A stretch of 64,000 nucleotides of DNA from a virus (IMGVR_UViG_3300020048_006428:55178-119177), one strand, 5' to 3'. Numbered from the stretch's first letter, positions 10,191 through 19,429 are shown. The notes: generated by a model not told the origin, from the letters alone. Numbers and translations: made by a program.

Positions 10191-11189
10191 TTATGATAGA
10201 AATTCTATGCATTTTTTTATTGTTTCTTTTTTGTTCTTCCTATATTCACTATCCCAAATAACCAAAACATCAAACCCTTTATTTTTGGCTACACTTAATT
10301 TATCAGAATCCTTATCCCATGTTTCTTTTGCACTTGGACCATTTTCTTTATAAAAAGGGTGTGGATAATCATTTTCGTTGTATATATTTGGATTTGCGTG
10401 ATATACATCACCATTGTATTCAATTATTCTTTTAGAATTTAAATCAACATAATCATAAATATAAAATGAACCTTTAACTGATATGTAATATTCTTTGTTT
10501 TTTGTTGCAAAATATATATTTTCTAATTTACTTGATTTTAATCTTGTGTTAAACAATATTTCTGAAAATAGTTCTTGACTTATAGCAGAATATCCACATT
10601 TTATATTACCATTTTCCAATAAACTCTTTTGCCATTTTCGTTGTCTTTCCTTCCATTTATCTAAACCTTTTTCTTCACCATATTTTTCTATACATTTATC
10701 TAATGAAAAAGTCTTTTGTCTTTCAGATACCATTTTAATAGATTCTTCTTCTGAATATCCTTTTACCATATAATATTCCTTTTGATTTGGTGATATTCTA
10801 TCTTTAATAGCTTCTTTTGCAAAATTACTTATGTGTTCTTCTTTGTTTTCAATTTCTTCATATTTACTGAAATTTTTAGAAAATGGACTCCTTGATTTTC
10901 TTTCTTCTTCTGTTGTCTTATTTTTATGATTAGGATTGTTTTCACCTTTAAATTTTTCACTAAACATAGTCTTATACTTTTCTTCCTTCATATGCTTACC
11001 ACTATTGATAGTGGTGTTTTTTAAGTCACTTGTAGCCATTAGTGGCGCACCCGGAAACATAGATTTATATTCATCAGATGTAATCTTATGTTCGTTTTTT
11101 AAATGGGCACCATATATTCTTTTTTTGTTAATTCCACAAATTCTACACGTTACCATTTCTTCATTGTCCGTAATTATAATATTTTCCAT
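10191..11189 (-). CDS. Free-standing putative homing endonuclease (Zn finger + Vsr/DUF559-like nuclease) between the terminase halves
   Basis: CRICG...HLK..H; C-terminal YDY...IIEYNGDVYH...D..K...GFDVLVIWDSE. Confidence 0.78.
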   Translation of the reverse strand: MENIIITDNEEMVTCRICGINKKRIYGAHLKNEHKITSDEYKSMFPGAPLMATSDLKNTTINSGKHMKEEKYKTMFSEKFKGENNPNHKNKTTEEERKSRSPFSKNFSKYEEIENKEEHISNFAKEAIKDRISPNQKEYYMVKGYSEEESIKMVSERQKTFSLDKCIEKYGEEKGLDKWKERQRKWQKSLLENGNIKCGYSAISQELFSEILFNTRLKSSKLENIYFATKNKEYYISVKGSFYIYDYVDLNSKRIIEYNGDVYHANPNIYNENDYPHPFYKENGPSAKETWDKDSDKLSVAKNKGFDVLVIWDSEYRKNKKETIKKCIEFLS

Positions 11190-11207
11190 AATGTTTAATA
11201 TTTTTTA

Positions 11208-11236
11208 ATTATATTAAATTTATTGTATATTGTTTA
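11208..11236 (-). promoter_or_regulatory. Putative class-II promoter TAAAC-N18-TATAAT for the intervening endonuclease
   Basis: Reverse strand taaac aatatacaataaatttaa tataat just upstream of the ATG at 11189. Confidence 0.55.
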
Positions 11237-11240
11237 TGTA

Positions 11241-11402
11241 TTAAGATAAATAGTATATTATGTCATATAGAAACATTTTAAACCTTTCAACAAATTTTAA
11301 TTTTCTTTCCTTAGATAATAGCAAATAATATATTTTTCCTACCCTATACTCAAATTCTAAATCTTCTAAAACTATTGATATTTCTGTGTTGTATGAAAAG
11401 CA
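11241..11402 (-). mobile_element. Split intein N-fragment (53 aa)
   Basis: Block A CFSYNTEISI begins right after the Walker A Lys; the ORF ends 53 aa later. Confidence 0.85.
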
Positions 11403-11756
11403 CTTACCAATTTGCCTACTCGCCATTAATATACTAAATCTATTTTTTGTATATAGGTCAAGGATATCTTTTTGATAATCTCTGAGTGTCATATTAGTTA
11501 CTGTACCATCTTCTGTTTTAACTTTACAGTATTTTTCTGCAAAGTAGTGTATATCAAGTTTACATTTTATATATTCTTGAATTTCATCTTCTGTCATCAT
11601 GAATGTTATACCAGCTCTTCTAACACCTATTTCATTTTTAAACCATGGATTTTGGTATCTTTTAACAACAACACCATCATTTATTTTTTCTGTAATTTCA
11701 TCTATATTTTTGCTGGTAAATATGAATTTCTTTTCTGCTTCTACCTTTTTGGCCAT
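11241..11756 (-). CDS. Terminase large subunit, N-terminal part, ending in a split-intein N-fragment
   Basis: EYIKC..D..YFAEKY, Q-motif LRDYQ, Walker A SRQIGK interrupted by CFSYNT. Confidence 0.92.
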   Translation of the reverse strand: MAKKVEAEKKFIFTSKNIDEITEKINDGVVVKRYQNPWFKNEIGVRRAGITFMMTEDEIQEYIKCKLDIHYFAEKYCKVKTEDGTVTNMTLRDYQKDILDLYTKNRFSILMASRQIGKCFSYNTEISIVLEDLEFEYRVGKIYYLLLSKERKLKFVERFKMFLYDIIYYLS

Positions 11757-11809
11757 AAATTGGGGGAAAATTAATTTTATTTATATATATAATAAAATTA
11801 ATTATTCTT

Positions 11810-12436
11810 ATGAGTAAAAAGGAAGAAAAGATGAATAGCTTACAGAATGAGTTTAACCGAATTCAAGAAGAAAATAAAGATTTGGATGTAAGCAAGTATT
11901 TAGCAAAAAGAGAAGATTTACCAGATTTGGGTGAAATACAGATATATGATTATGATGCAGACACAGTAGAATCACAAGAACAAGCAATAGATATATTAGA
12001 ATCATTGGTTGATATGTATTTAGGTGATAATCCATCAATTTTAAAACATAAGTATATACAGAAAAAAATGATGGAAGATGCCCAAGTGTATGCTGATACT
12101 ATTTTCTTACAGAAGATGACTAAGAAGAACTTTCTTACACAATTAAGACAGGTTGATAATGGTGATAGTTCTGCAAGGATGCACGAAGTAATAAATCAAT
12201 CTATATCACAAATAAGGGATAATATAAAATTTTCTCAAAATCAAAGAACTGATTTAGAGAAATTTTATAGAGATATGAGAAAGGATTTGGGTTTGAACGA
12301 AATATCAGAATCTATGGAACAAAAAAACATGCAAGATCATGATATAAATAATAATACTAATAAGGAAGAAGGTAAAATTATGGATACTAGAAATTTAAAC
12401 AATATGATTGATAATTATTTGAAGAATAAAGAATAA
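11810..12436 (+). CDS. Hypothetical helical protein, divergent from terL (possible small terminase or packaging factor)
   Basis: Shares a TTATATATATAA late-type element with terL; functional guess rests on position only. Confidence 0.55.
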   Translation: MSKKEEKMNSLQNEFNRIQEENKDLDVSKYLAKREDLPDLGEIQIYDYDADTVESQEQAIDILESLVDMYLGDNPSILKHKYIQKKMMEDAQVYADTIFLQKMTKKNFLTQLRQVDNGDSSARMHEVINQSISQIRDNIKFSQNQRTDLEKFYRDMRKDLGLNEISESMEQKNMQDHDINNNTNKEEGKIMDTRNLNNMIDNYLKNKE

Positions 12437-12697
12437 TTAATATTCATCATATTCATCATATTCATCATCTGGAAATTTATCTTTAATAAATTGTGGGGTG
12501 TTTTCAACAAATTCTACATTTACACCAAAATGGTTTAATATTATATTAAAATATTCTTCTCTATAATCACCATCATTTTCGTGTATAGATGTAATTATGT
12601 TATTATCTTGATCATAAAAAACTTGACCGTTATTCCAATAGGTATAGAATAATGTTTTACCTATTGACATTTCATTTATTGACATTAAGTGTTTCAT
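12437..12697 (-). CDS. Small acidic protein with N-terminal MKHLMSINE peptide
   Basis: Shared N-terminal motif; late-type palindrome upstream. Confidence 0.65.
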   Translation of the reverse strand: MKHLMSINEMSIGKTLFYTYWNNGQVFYDQDNNIITSIHENDGDYREEYFNIILNHFGVNVEFVENTPQFIKDKFPDDEYDEYDEY

Positions 12698-12715
12698 TTT
12701 ATAATATTTATTTTT

Positions 12716-12727
12716 TAATATATATTA
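12716..12727. promoter_or_regulatory. Palindromic TAATATATATTA, putative bidirectional late promoter
   Basis: Lies between divergent genes 12697(-) and 12746(+); AATATATA core recurs upstream of most structural and targeting-motif genes. Confidence 0.6.
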
Positions 12728-12745
12728 AAATTATAAAATTATAAA

Positions 12746-13531
12746 ATGAAACACTTAAAAACATTTGAATCTTTTAACTATTCACCTTATAGGTTGATTA
12801 ATGAAAATGGTGAATATATTAAGCAGATTAAGGAATTGATTCTAAGTTTTGATGAAGATAATATTAAATTAGCATTTCAGATTGCGAAAGGATTAAAGAT
12901 TAAACAAATAGATATTTTGGAAGAATACAGAGATTTGTTTACTGCTTTTGGATATAAACCATCAGTAACCAGTTTATTAAAAATAATTGGAACATATAAT
13001 TTGGATTGTAAATCAGCTACTGTTCCTGATATTTTATTTAAGTTACCAAATTTAGAAAAAATAACATTTTATAAAATTGTTAATTTGGATAATTTAGTTG
13101 AGTTTGATGGTGATATCAATATTTGGACAACTTATGGTGGTGGTGGACAGGGAACTATAACAAGTTTACCATCATTGAAAAAAATAGGGGGTTCATTAGA
13201 TATATTATTTAGTTTAATTAATTCAATACCACAATTAGAATATGTTGGTGGTAGTTTGAACTTAATGGGGAAAACAATTAAATCATTTAGTAAACTAACA
13301 GCAGTTGGTGGAAATTTGTATATGAGTAATGCTAAAATTGAGTCATTGGGTAGTTTAACTACTGTTGGTGGAAATTTGAGTTTAAGTCACGCTAAAATTG
13401 ATTCATTGGGTAGTTTAACTACTGTTGGTGGAGATTTGAGTTTAAGAAATACACCATTATCAGAAACAGCAGAAGAGGAAATAAGAAATAAAGTTGATGT
13501 AAAAGGTAAGATTTTCCTATATGGATACTAG
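12746..13531 (+). CDS. Leucine-rich-repeat protein with MKHLKTFESF N-terminus
   Basis: ~20-aa SLGSLTTVGGNLSL repeats. Confidence 0.75.
   Translation: MKHLKTFESFNYSPYRLINENGEYIKQIKELILSFDEDNIKLAFQIAKGLKIKQIDILEEYRDLFTAFGYKPSVTSLLKIIGTYNLDCKSATVPDILFKLPNLEKITFYKIVNLDNLVEFDGDINIWTTYGGGGQGTITSLPSLKKIGGSLDILFSLINSIPQLEYVGGSLNLMGKTIKSFSKLTAVGGNLYMSNAKIESLGSLTTVGGNLSLSHAKIDSLGSLTTVGGDLSLRNTPLSETAEEEIRNKVDVKGKIFLYGY
13331..13446 (+). repeat. Near-perfect 60-bp-period tandem repeat (LRR units)
   Basis: gctaaaattga.tcattgggtagtttaactactgttggtgga.atttgagtttaag at 13331 and 13391. Confidence 0.9.
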
Positions 13532-13595
13532 AAGTTTAAATAATATAAAAAATAATAAATTGAATTTTATATATAATAAAAAATAAAACTATAAA

Positions 13596-13898
13596 ATGAA
13601 ACATTTAAAAACATTTGAAGCTTTTGATGATAATTTTAGAAAGGATTCAGCAAGACCTTATTCAAGAGAAGAATATAGTGGAAAAGTAGATACATCTAAA
13701 TTTATGATGAACAGAAAAAGGGATTCAAGAGAATTGGGTTTAGATCCAGAAGACGAATTTGATGATAATTATACAGAAGATGAAATTGACATCGAAGATG
13801 ATTTATATCCAACTGAATTAGAAGATGACGAAGATTTTGGTGATGATGATGATTACGAAGATTACGAAAACTTCGGTTATGGTGATGATGAATTCTAA
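13596..13898 (+). CDS. Highly acidic small protein with MKHLKTFEAF N-terminus
   Basis: Asp/Glu-rich C-terminal half; shared N-terminal motif. Confidence 0.7.
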   Translation: MKHLKTFEAFDDNFRKDSARPYSREEYSGKVDTSKFMMNRKRDSRELGLDPEDEFDDNYTEDEIDIEDDLYPTELEDDEDFGDDDDYEDYENFGYGDDEF

Positions 13899-13907
13899 AA
13901 ATTGTTT

Positions 13908-14501
13908 ATGAAATATTTAAAATTATTTGAAAACTTCAATCAATCTGAAATTGTTGATATTTGTAAAAGATATGGAATAAAAAATTACACAATAAATCCA
14001 GATGGATCTATTGATGTAGATGGTGATGTTTGGTTGGTTGGTAATGAATTAAAAGAACTTCCACTTAAATTTAATAGAATAATTGGTGATTTTAATTGCA
14101 TTGCTAACAGATTAAATAATCTAAAAGGATGCCCTAATTATGTTGGTGGTTTCTTTGATTGTTCTAATAATAACTTAACAAGTTTAATAGGGTGTCCTAA
14201 AGAAATAGGTGAAGAATTTAGTTTTTCTAATAATGACTTAACAACATTAGAAGGGTATGCTTTAGAAACATATATTATAAACCATGATATTATATATCAT
14301 AGTAATCCAATTGCGGAAATTATAGATTTGTTTAATGAAAGTGTTGAAATATATTTAGACTATCAAGAAACATTTAATTTTGTTAGAAATGATTGTAAAG
14401 TAGTTAAACATTTATTAGAAGCAGCCTTTGAAGATTTCAATGAATATACTGAACAAAATATAAAAATACCAAAAGAAATAAAAGGATATACTTATATCTA
14501 A
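13908..14501 (+). CDS. LRR-like paralog family protein (MKYLKLFENF...GYTYI)
   Basis: Start reassigned to the ATG at 13908 by alignment with paralogs at 22795, 23439 and 55613; LxGCPxxVGGxFxCSxN repeats. Confidence 0.78.
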   Translation: MKYLKLFENFNQSEIVDICKRYGIKNYTINPDGSIDVDGDVWLVGNELKELPLKFNRIIGDFNCIANRLNNLKGCPNYVGGFFDCSNNNLTSLIGCPKEIGEEFSFSNNDLTTLEGYALETYIINHDIIYHSNPIAEIIDLFNESVEIYLDYQETFNFVRNDCKVVKHLLEAAFEDFNEYTEQNIKIPKEIKGYTYI

Positions 14502-14537
14502 ATAAGAAGCCAATCAATTTGATTGGCTTCTTATTTA
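14499..14537. terminator. Bidirectional terminator (AAGCCAAT family) whose stem ends are both convergent stop codons
   Basis: taaataagaagccaatc-aattt-gattggcttcttattta. Confidence 0.8.
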
Positions 14538-14816
14538 TGCTAATTCCATAGTAACTGTTAGTCCAGCTGATTTTAGAATATCATATAGTTTTTTGATAGT
14601 TTCTTGATTACCTCTTTTAACATCACATTTTCCTGTATAATGAACTAAAAAAGCACATTGGGTAGCTTGTTCATATTCGTGTTTTACATATTTTATAAGA
14701 CACTCTATTACGAAATCAAATGTTGATACATCATCATTGTGTAATATTAATATATATGGTTTTGATAAAATTTCTTCTAATTTACTATCGGTTTGTTCTC
14801 TTGTAATTGTTGCCAT
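14535..14816 (-). CDS. clpS: ATP-dependent Clp protease adaptor ClpS (Bacteroidota-like)
   Basis: LILHNDDVSTFDFVIECL...EQATQCAFLVHYTGKCDVKRG. Confidence 0.88.
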   Translation of the reverse strand: MATITREQTDSKLEEILSKPYILILHNDDVSTFDFVIECLIKYVKHEYEQATQCAFLVHYTGKCDVKRGNQETIKKLYDILKSAGLTVTMELA

Positions 14817-14838
14817 TTTTTTTTGTTTTATTTATATA

Positions 14839-15342
14839 TTAAAAAATTATTTCATTGGTTTTGCTATCATAGATAGTTATTTTTACTTTTTGTTTTTTTG
14901 CCCAAATTTTAAATTGTTCAAGATGTTCATCTCTGTCATCAAACATAATAAGTTCGTCAGCTTTTGGATTTTTTTGGATTAGTGTTTCAAAAAGATTAGT
15001 TTTGAAAGAAAAAGTATCACCACCGGTATTACAGTATAAGTCGTTATCTATGTTATAGATACCAAGAACATTTTTAACGTGTTTTTCTAATCTTTTTATT
15101 CTACCTGTTGCAATAAATACATAATGGTCTGAATTAATTGAATAGTTAATAAAATGGTCATAAATATGTTCAATAAGTTCAGGTTTAAATACATTAGTAT
15201 TTAAAGATTCTGAATTAGCCCACCAACCTTTTCCTGGCCATTTTGATCCAATTTCTTTTTCCCAGATTGGGATTCCGACATCGGGTGTTGGTGTATCTAT
15301 TAATGTACCATCAAAATCGAATGATATTAATTTTTTATACAT
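14839..15342 (-). CDS. HAD-superfamily hydrolase (RNA-repair/Swiss-army-knife-like HAD)
   Basis: Motif I FDFDGTL..TP, motif II ATGR, K, motif IV FDDR. Confidence 0.8.
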   Translation of the reverse strand: MYKKLISFDFDGTLIDTPTPDVGIPIWEKEIGSKWPGKGWWANSESLNTNVFKPELIEHIYDHFINYSINSDHYVFIATGRIKRLEKHVKNVLGIYNIDNDLYCNTGGDTFSFKTNLFETLIQKNPKADELIMFDDRDEHLEQFKIWAKKQKVKITIYDSKTNEIIF

Positions 15343-15387
15343 AGGGATTATATTTTTTGATATATATTATAAATAATAATAAATTTT

Positions 15388-15801
15388 ATGAAAATAGATA
15401 TAAAAAGTTTAATTATAATTATTTTACTTATAATGAGTATATTTTTTTTATTTAAATGGCTTAATTCAAATGATAGACATATAAAGAATGAAAATAAGTT
15501 ATTAAAGGTAGAAATAAAAGATTTGCAGTTAAAAAGAGATTCTTTATCTAAAGAAAGAATTAGATTAGAATCTAATTATAAGACAATAGAACTAAAGGTA
15601 AATGAATATGATATTAAAATAATAGCTTTAAATACTGAATTAAAAAAAGTTAAGTCTGAATTAGAAAAATCAAAATTTGATTTGGGTAATCAGAAGATAA
15701 AATTTGATGATATTAATAGACAGATTGAAATATTAAAAGGTAAACCTTTTGATAAAAATGGTGAAGATTTAATAAATTCAATTTTAAAAAAAATAAATTA
15801 A
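15388..15801 (+). CDS. Membrane-anchored coiled-coil protein (spanin-like candidate)
   Basis: N-terminal hydrophobic helix followed by a long heptad-rich region. Confidence 0.5.
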   Translation: MKIDIKSLIIIILLIMSIFFLFKWLNSNDRHIKNENKLLKVEIKDLQLKRDSLSKERIRLESNYKTIELKVNEYDIKIIALNTELKKVKSELEKSKFDLGNQKIKFDDINRQIEILKGKPFDKNGEDLINSILKKIN

Positions 15802-15805
15802 TAAG

Positions 15806-16312
15806 ATGAAAAAAATATTATTTATAATAATGTTGTTCATATACAACAATGTTAGTTCACAAATAGTTCCAACATTACCACAATATTTTATTGTTGATGG
15901 TGATACAATTGGTATAACATTTAGTATAAAGCAGGTTCAGCAGATTGATAATGATTTGGAATTATTGCAATTATTGGAATATAAATCATTGAGTTGTGAT
16001 ACAATGGTTAAAAATTATATAAGAGTAATAGATAATTATGGTAGGGAAGTAGCATTATTGGAAATTAAAATAGATAATTTAGAAAAAAAAGATGTAGAAA
16101 GTGATAATTTAATAAAGAATCTAAATAATCAAATAGATAATTATAAGAAAGAATTAATATTGGCTAAAGAACAAGAAGATAATTATAAGAAAATTGTTTC
16201 AAATAATGAAAAAAGAATTAGAAATTTAAAGCTACAAAGGGGTTTGATATTTGGTGGTGGTATAGTTGGAACAGTTGGTGGAATATTAATAGGTGTATTT
16301 TTAATAAAATAG
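15806..16312 (+). CDS. Secreted/membrane coiled-coil protein (spanin-like candidate)
   Basis: Signal-peptide-like N-terminus, coiled coil, C-terminal Gly-rich transmembrane segment. Confidence 0.5.
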   Translation: MKKILFIIMLFIYNNVSSQIVPTLPQYFIVDGDTIGITFSIKQVQQIDNDLELLQLLEYKSLSCDTMVKNYIRVIDNYGREVALLEIKIDNLEKKDVESDNLIKNLNNQIDNYKKELILAKEQEDNYKKIVSNNEKRIRNLKLQRGLIFGGGIVGTVGGILIGVFLIK

Positions 16313-16369
16313 TATAAAAAGTGTTTTTAAAAAATAATATATATAATTAGAAAAAATAATTTTTAAAAG

Positions 16370-16945
16370 ATGAAACACATTAGAAAATTTGAATCTTATG
16401 TAACAAGAAAGAAAAGAGATGAAATTATAAAAGAATCTGTTCTTCAGGTTAATGACATTTACAAAGTTAGAACTATGGTTGATATTCCACAATCTTTAAT
16501 AAATGCTTATGTTAAAAAAGTAAAAGATACAAGTGGTAAAAACTTAAGACAATTTTTTGGTGATGTTGATATTGCAGAAGAAATTGTAAAGTTCATAACT
16601 CTAACTGGTATGGATGTAGAAAAGATTCCTGGTAATGCACTTATGGGTGGTCCACAAGGTCAGGGTCAGGGTCAAATGCAAGGACAAGGTCAAATGCAAG
16701 GACAAGGTCAAATGCAAGGTCAACCACAAGCACAGACCCAAGGTCAAATGCAAGGACAAGGTCAAATGCAAGGTCAAGAAGGTGATTTTGAAGATGTTCA
16801 ACCACAAGGCCAAGGACAGCCACAAGTACAAGTTCAAGGACAAGGTCAAGGACAAACACAAGGTCAAGGACAACCACAAGGACAAGGTCAAGGACAAGGA
16901 CAGGGTCAAGTACAAGGACAAGATGAAGAAGAATTACCAATCTAA
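16370..16945 (+). CDS. Protein with MKHIRKFES N-terminus and Gln-Gly low-complexity tail
   Basis: (QG)n/QGQMQG repeats; shared N-terminal motif. Confidence 0.75.
   Translation: MKHIRKFESYVTRKKRDEIIKESVLQVNDIYKVRTMVDIPQSLINAYVKKVKDTSGKNLRQFFGDVDIAEEIVKFITLTGMDVEKIPGNALMGGPQGQGQGQMQGQGQMQGQGQMQGQPQAQTQGQMQGQGQMQGQEGDFEDVQPQGQGQPQVQVQGQGQGQTQGQGQPQGQGQGQGQGQVQGQDEEELPI
16654..16922 (+). repeat. Gln-Gly coding microrepeats (caagga/caaggt, 18-bp caaggtcaaatgcaagga units)
   Basis: Seen directly. Confidence 0.9.
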
Positions 16946-17003
16946 TAATTAAAAATTAAGCAATAATATAAATTATTGCTTAATTTTTTTAATATATATA
17001 TTT

Positions 17004-17633
17004 ATGAAATATATAAAATTATTTGAAAACTTTGAAAAGACTAACCCCAATGATAATATTTTAATAATTGTGGATATACAGAAGAGTTTTAAGAAATTCT
17101 TTACTGAAATTTACCTCCACAAGGTAAAGGAATATTGTAATCAATTTAAACAAGTATATCAAATTTGGGATAATCATATTGATGGTAAAAATGTAGATAA
17201 GGATTATTTATATGATGAAGATCCAACAATACCTGTTCATAGTGATTTATATGATTTTCCAAATCAAAAAGATATAATAGAAAAACGTTATAACTATAAT
17301 GTTAATGTTGATTTCTATAAAAAGATTTTAGATAGTAAAACATATAAATTAATAAAATCCAAAGAAGAAAATAAGCAATTAAAAAGAGGTGACTTCTTTT
17401 ATACAAAAGAAGACACTATTATTGTTTATATTGGTAATAATCATATTTGGCATCATCTTCCAAAGAAATTATATGAATTATTTAAAGATTTAAAAGGTAA
17501 AGAAGTTGTTATGATTGGTGGTGCAGATCATGAATGTTTTCTTGATATTGAAGTTGCTGCTAAATCATTAGGTGTTAAAGTTAAGAGGGATTTTAGGTTT
17601 ATTTATTCTGCAACTAATTGTCCTATTAAATAA
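17004..17633 (+). CDS. Isochorismatase/cysteine-hydrolase-like protein with MKYIKLFENF N-terminus
   Basis: LIIVDIQ, D.H, IEK.Y, VMIGGADHEC..DI pattern consistent with a D-K-C triad. Confidence 0.6.
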   Translation: MKYIKLFENFEKTNPNDNILIIVDIQKSFKKFFTEIYLHKVKEYCNQFKQVYQIWDNHIDGKNVDKDYLYDEDPTIPVHSDLYDFPNQKDIIEKRYNYNVNVDFYKKILDSKTYKLIKSKEENKQLKRGDFFYTKEDTIIVYIGNNHIWHHLPKKLYELFKDLKGKEVVMIGGADHECFLDIEVAAKSLGVKVKRDFRFIYSATNCPIK

Positions 17634-18012
17634 ATCTTCCAATTTGCGCATATACTTCATAGTCAGCTATTTTTAAATATATAAACATAATATCTTGATA
17701 TCTTTGTGGATCTTGTGTAAACACAACATCTAAGTTATAATTAATATCAATTAATTCTGGTATATACAATGCAATTTGTTCGTTTATTATTGATTTTACA
17801 TAAGTATCAGAAACTTTAGTTTGATGTAACAATTCTAATAGATTAGCACCAAAATTTGGATCACCTAATACTTCACCTTTATTGGTAAATAAAACCATTT
17901 CATATTTTTGTAGGATAACACTTAATATGTCATCTTCAATTAATTCGTTTATCATATATCTTGGGTGACCTTGATATAAAATATAAAAATCTGTAAAATC
18001 TAAAGCAGCCAT
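17626..18012 (-). CDS. Baseplate wedge / sheath initiator, T4 gp25-like
   Basis: LFTNKGEVLGDPNFGANL..LL motif of the GPW/gp25 family. Confidence 0.8.
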   Translation of the reverse strand: MAALDFTDFYILYQGHPRYMINELIEDDILSVILQKYEMVLFTNKGEVLGDPNFGANLLELLHQTKVSDTYVKSIINEQIALYIPELIDINYNLDVVFTQDPQRYQDIMFIYLKIADYEVYAQIGRFI

Positions 18013-18058
18013 AATTAAAAAGTTATTTTTAATATATATTAAAAAAATAGTTATTTAA

Positions 18059-18601
18059 ATGAAATATTTAAAAACTTTTAATGAATCTAAAACAGATACT
18101 TGGTTAGATAATTATACACCAGAACAACTTGCTAAATCTATTGATCAATACTTTAATCAATTTGATGAATATAATGATAATTTAGAATCTTTATTAAAAT
18201 CATATAATGATGATGATGATGAATATGATAATCCATATGAATTTATACTTACAAGTGTTAAGAATATATTGAAAGATAGTAATTATATAGAAAATTTTCT
18301 TGATTGTATGGCATCTGTTTATGAAATTGTTCCTGATCCAAATGATGAAGTTACGGATATGGATGATATAGAAGAACATTTCCTTGATTATGAATTTAAT
18401 ATCACAAGATTGAAAGATGATGGTTTTAGTATATTATTATCTAATGTTAAAGTAGATGAAGTTCATAAAATATTGAAATATATATGGTATAGTGTTTTCC
18501 AAAGACTAAGAAAACATAAAATAAAAGAAGTAACTGCTATAAATTTTGATAGATATGCCACTATTAAGATAATTTTAGAACTTAAAAAAATGGTAGAATA
18601 A
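18059..18601 (+). CDS. Acidic hypothetical protein with MKYLKTFNES N-terminus
   Basis: Shared N-terminal motif. Confidence 0.7.
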   Translation: MKYLKTFNESKTDTWLDNYTPEQLAKSIDQYFNQFDEYNDNLESLLKSYNDDDDEYDNPYEFILTSVKNILKDSNYIENFLDCMASVYEIVPDPNDEVTDMDDIEEHFLDYEFNITRLKDDGFSILLSNVKVDEVHKILKYIWYSVFQRLRKHKIKEVTAINFDRYATIKIILELKKMVE

Positions 18602-18625
18602 AAAAAGGGTAGAAATATTACATTT

Positions 18626-19429
18626 CTATCCTTTTTTATTTATAAATGATAATATATGAGAAATTATATCAACAGTCCAACCATTACCAATATGTTTTAT
18701 GGATTTTGATTTTGATAAAATTTTTGTATATCCTATTGGTAAAGTTTGTATTTTTTCACATATTTCTGGTGTGAATGATTCTTTTGTTCCATTTCTAAAT
18801 ATAAAGAAATTGTGTTCCCAACCACTAGTTGTTATTGTTGGTGACTTTCCTTTATATTTTTGTACACCACCTTTATTATATCCTCTTGGATATACCCATA
18901 TTCCATCATATTCGCCAATTATGTCTTTCAACATTATGTTTCTATCTTTTGGTATTTCAACATTTGGTATATTTGTCCAATAAAGTCTTTCTCTATTTTG
19001 CGCACTAACCAAACTACTGTTTATTTTAATTGGTTCAACATCCAAATGTTGGGAAATTATATCTTGATATTCTTTTTTCATTTTATTATTTTCTAAAAGA
19101 AAATATGTTGGTTTACATTCATTTTTTATTCTAACGAATTCAAAAAATAATTTACTTCGTGGATCATCAAAATTTAATTGTTTTCCCGCAAAGCTAAAAC
19201 CATGACAAGGAGATCCACCAATTAATAAATCTATCTTTGGTAATGTATTTACATTTACGTTTATAACATCACCAATCTGTATAGTATTTGGATAATTATC
19301 CTGGGTTACTTTAATTGCATATTTATCTATTTCAGAAGCAAAGTAATTATTTACTTTTATTCCTATACGTTCCAATGCTATTTGTCCACAACTAATGCCA
19401 TCAAATAAACTTAATACATTTATTCCCAT
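18626..19429 (-). CDS. DNA (cytosine-5) methyltransferase (second paralog)
   Basis: LSLFDG, GGSPCH, LLENN, QNRERLYW, IGNGW. Confidence 0.9.
   Translation of the reverse strand: MGINVLSLFDGISCGQIALERIGIKVNNYFASEIDKYAIKVTQDNYPNTIQIGDVINVNVNTLPKIDLLIGGSPCHGFSFAGKQLNFDDPRSKLFFEFVRIKNECKPTYFLLENNKMKKEYQDIISQHLDVEPIKINSSLVSAQNRERLYWTNIPNVEIPKDRNIMLKDIIGEYDGIWVYPRGYNKGGVQKYKGKSPTITTSGWEHNFFIFRNGTKESFTPEICEKIQTLPIGYTKILSKSKSIKHIGNGWTVDIISHILSFINKKG

Noticed and set aside
16601-16952. Overlapping ORFs 16601-16921, 16635-16952 and 16641-16940
   Set aside because: Shadow frames of the Gln-Gly repeat.
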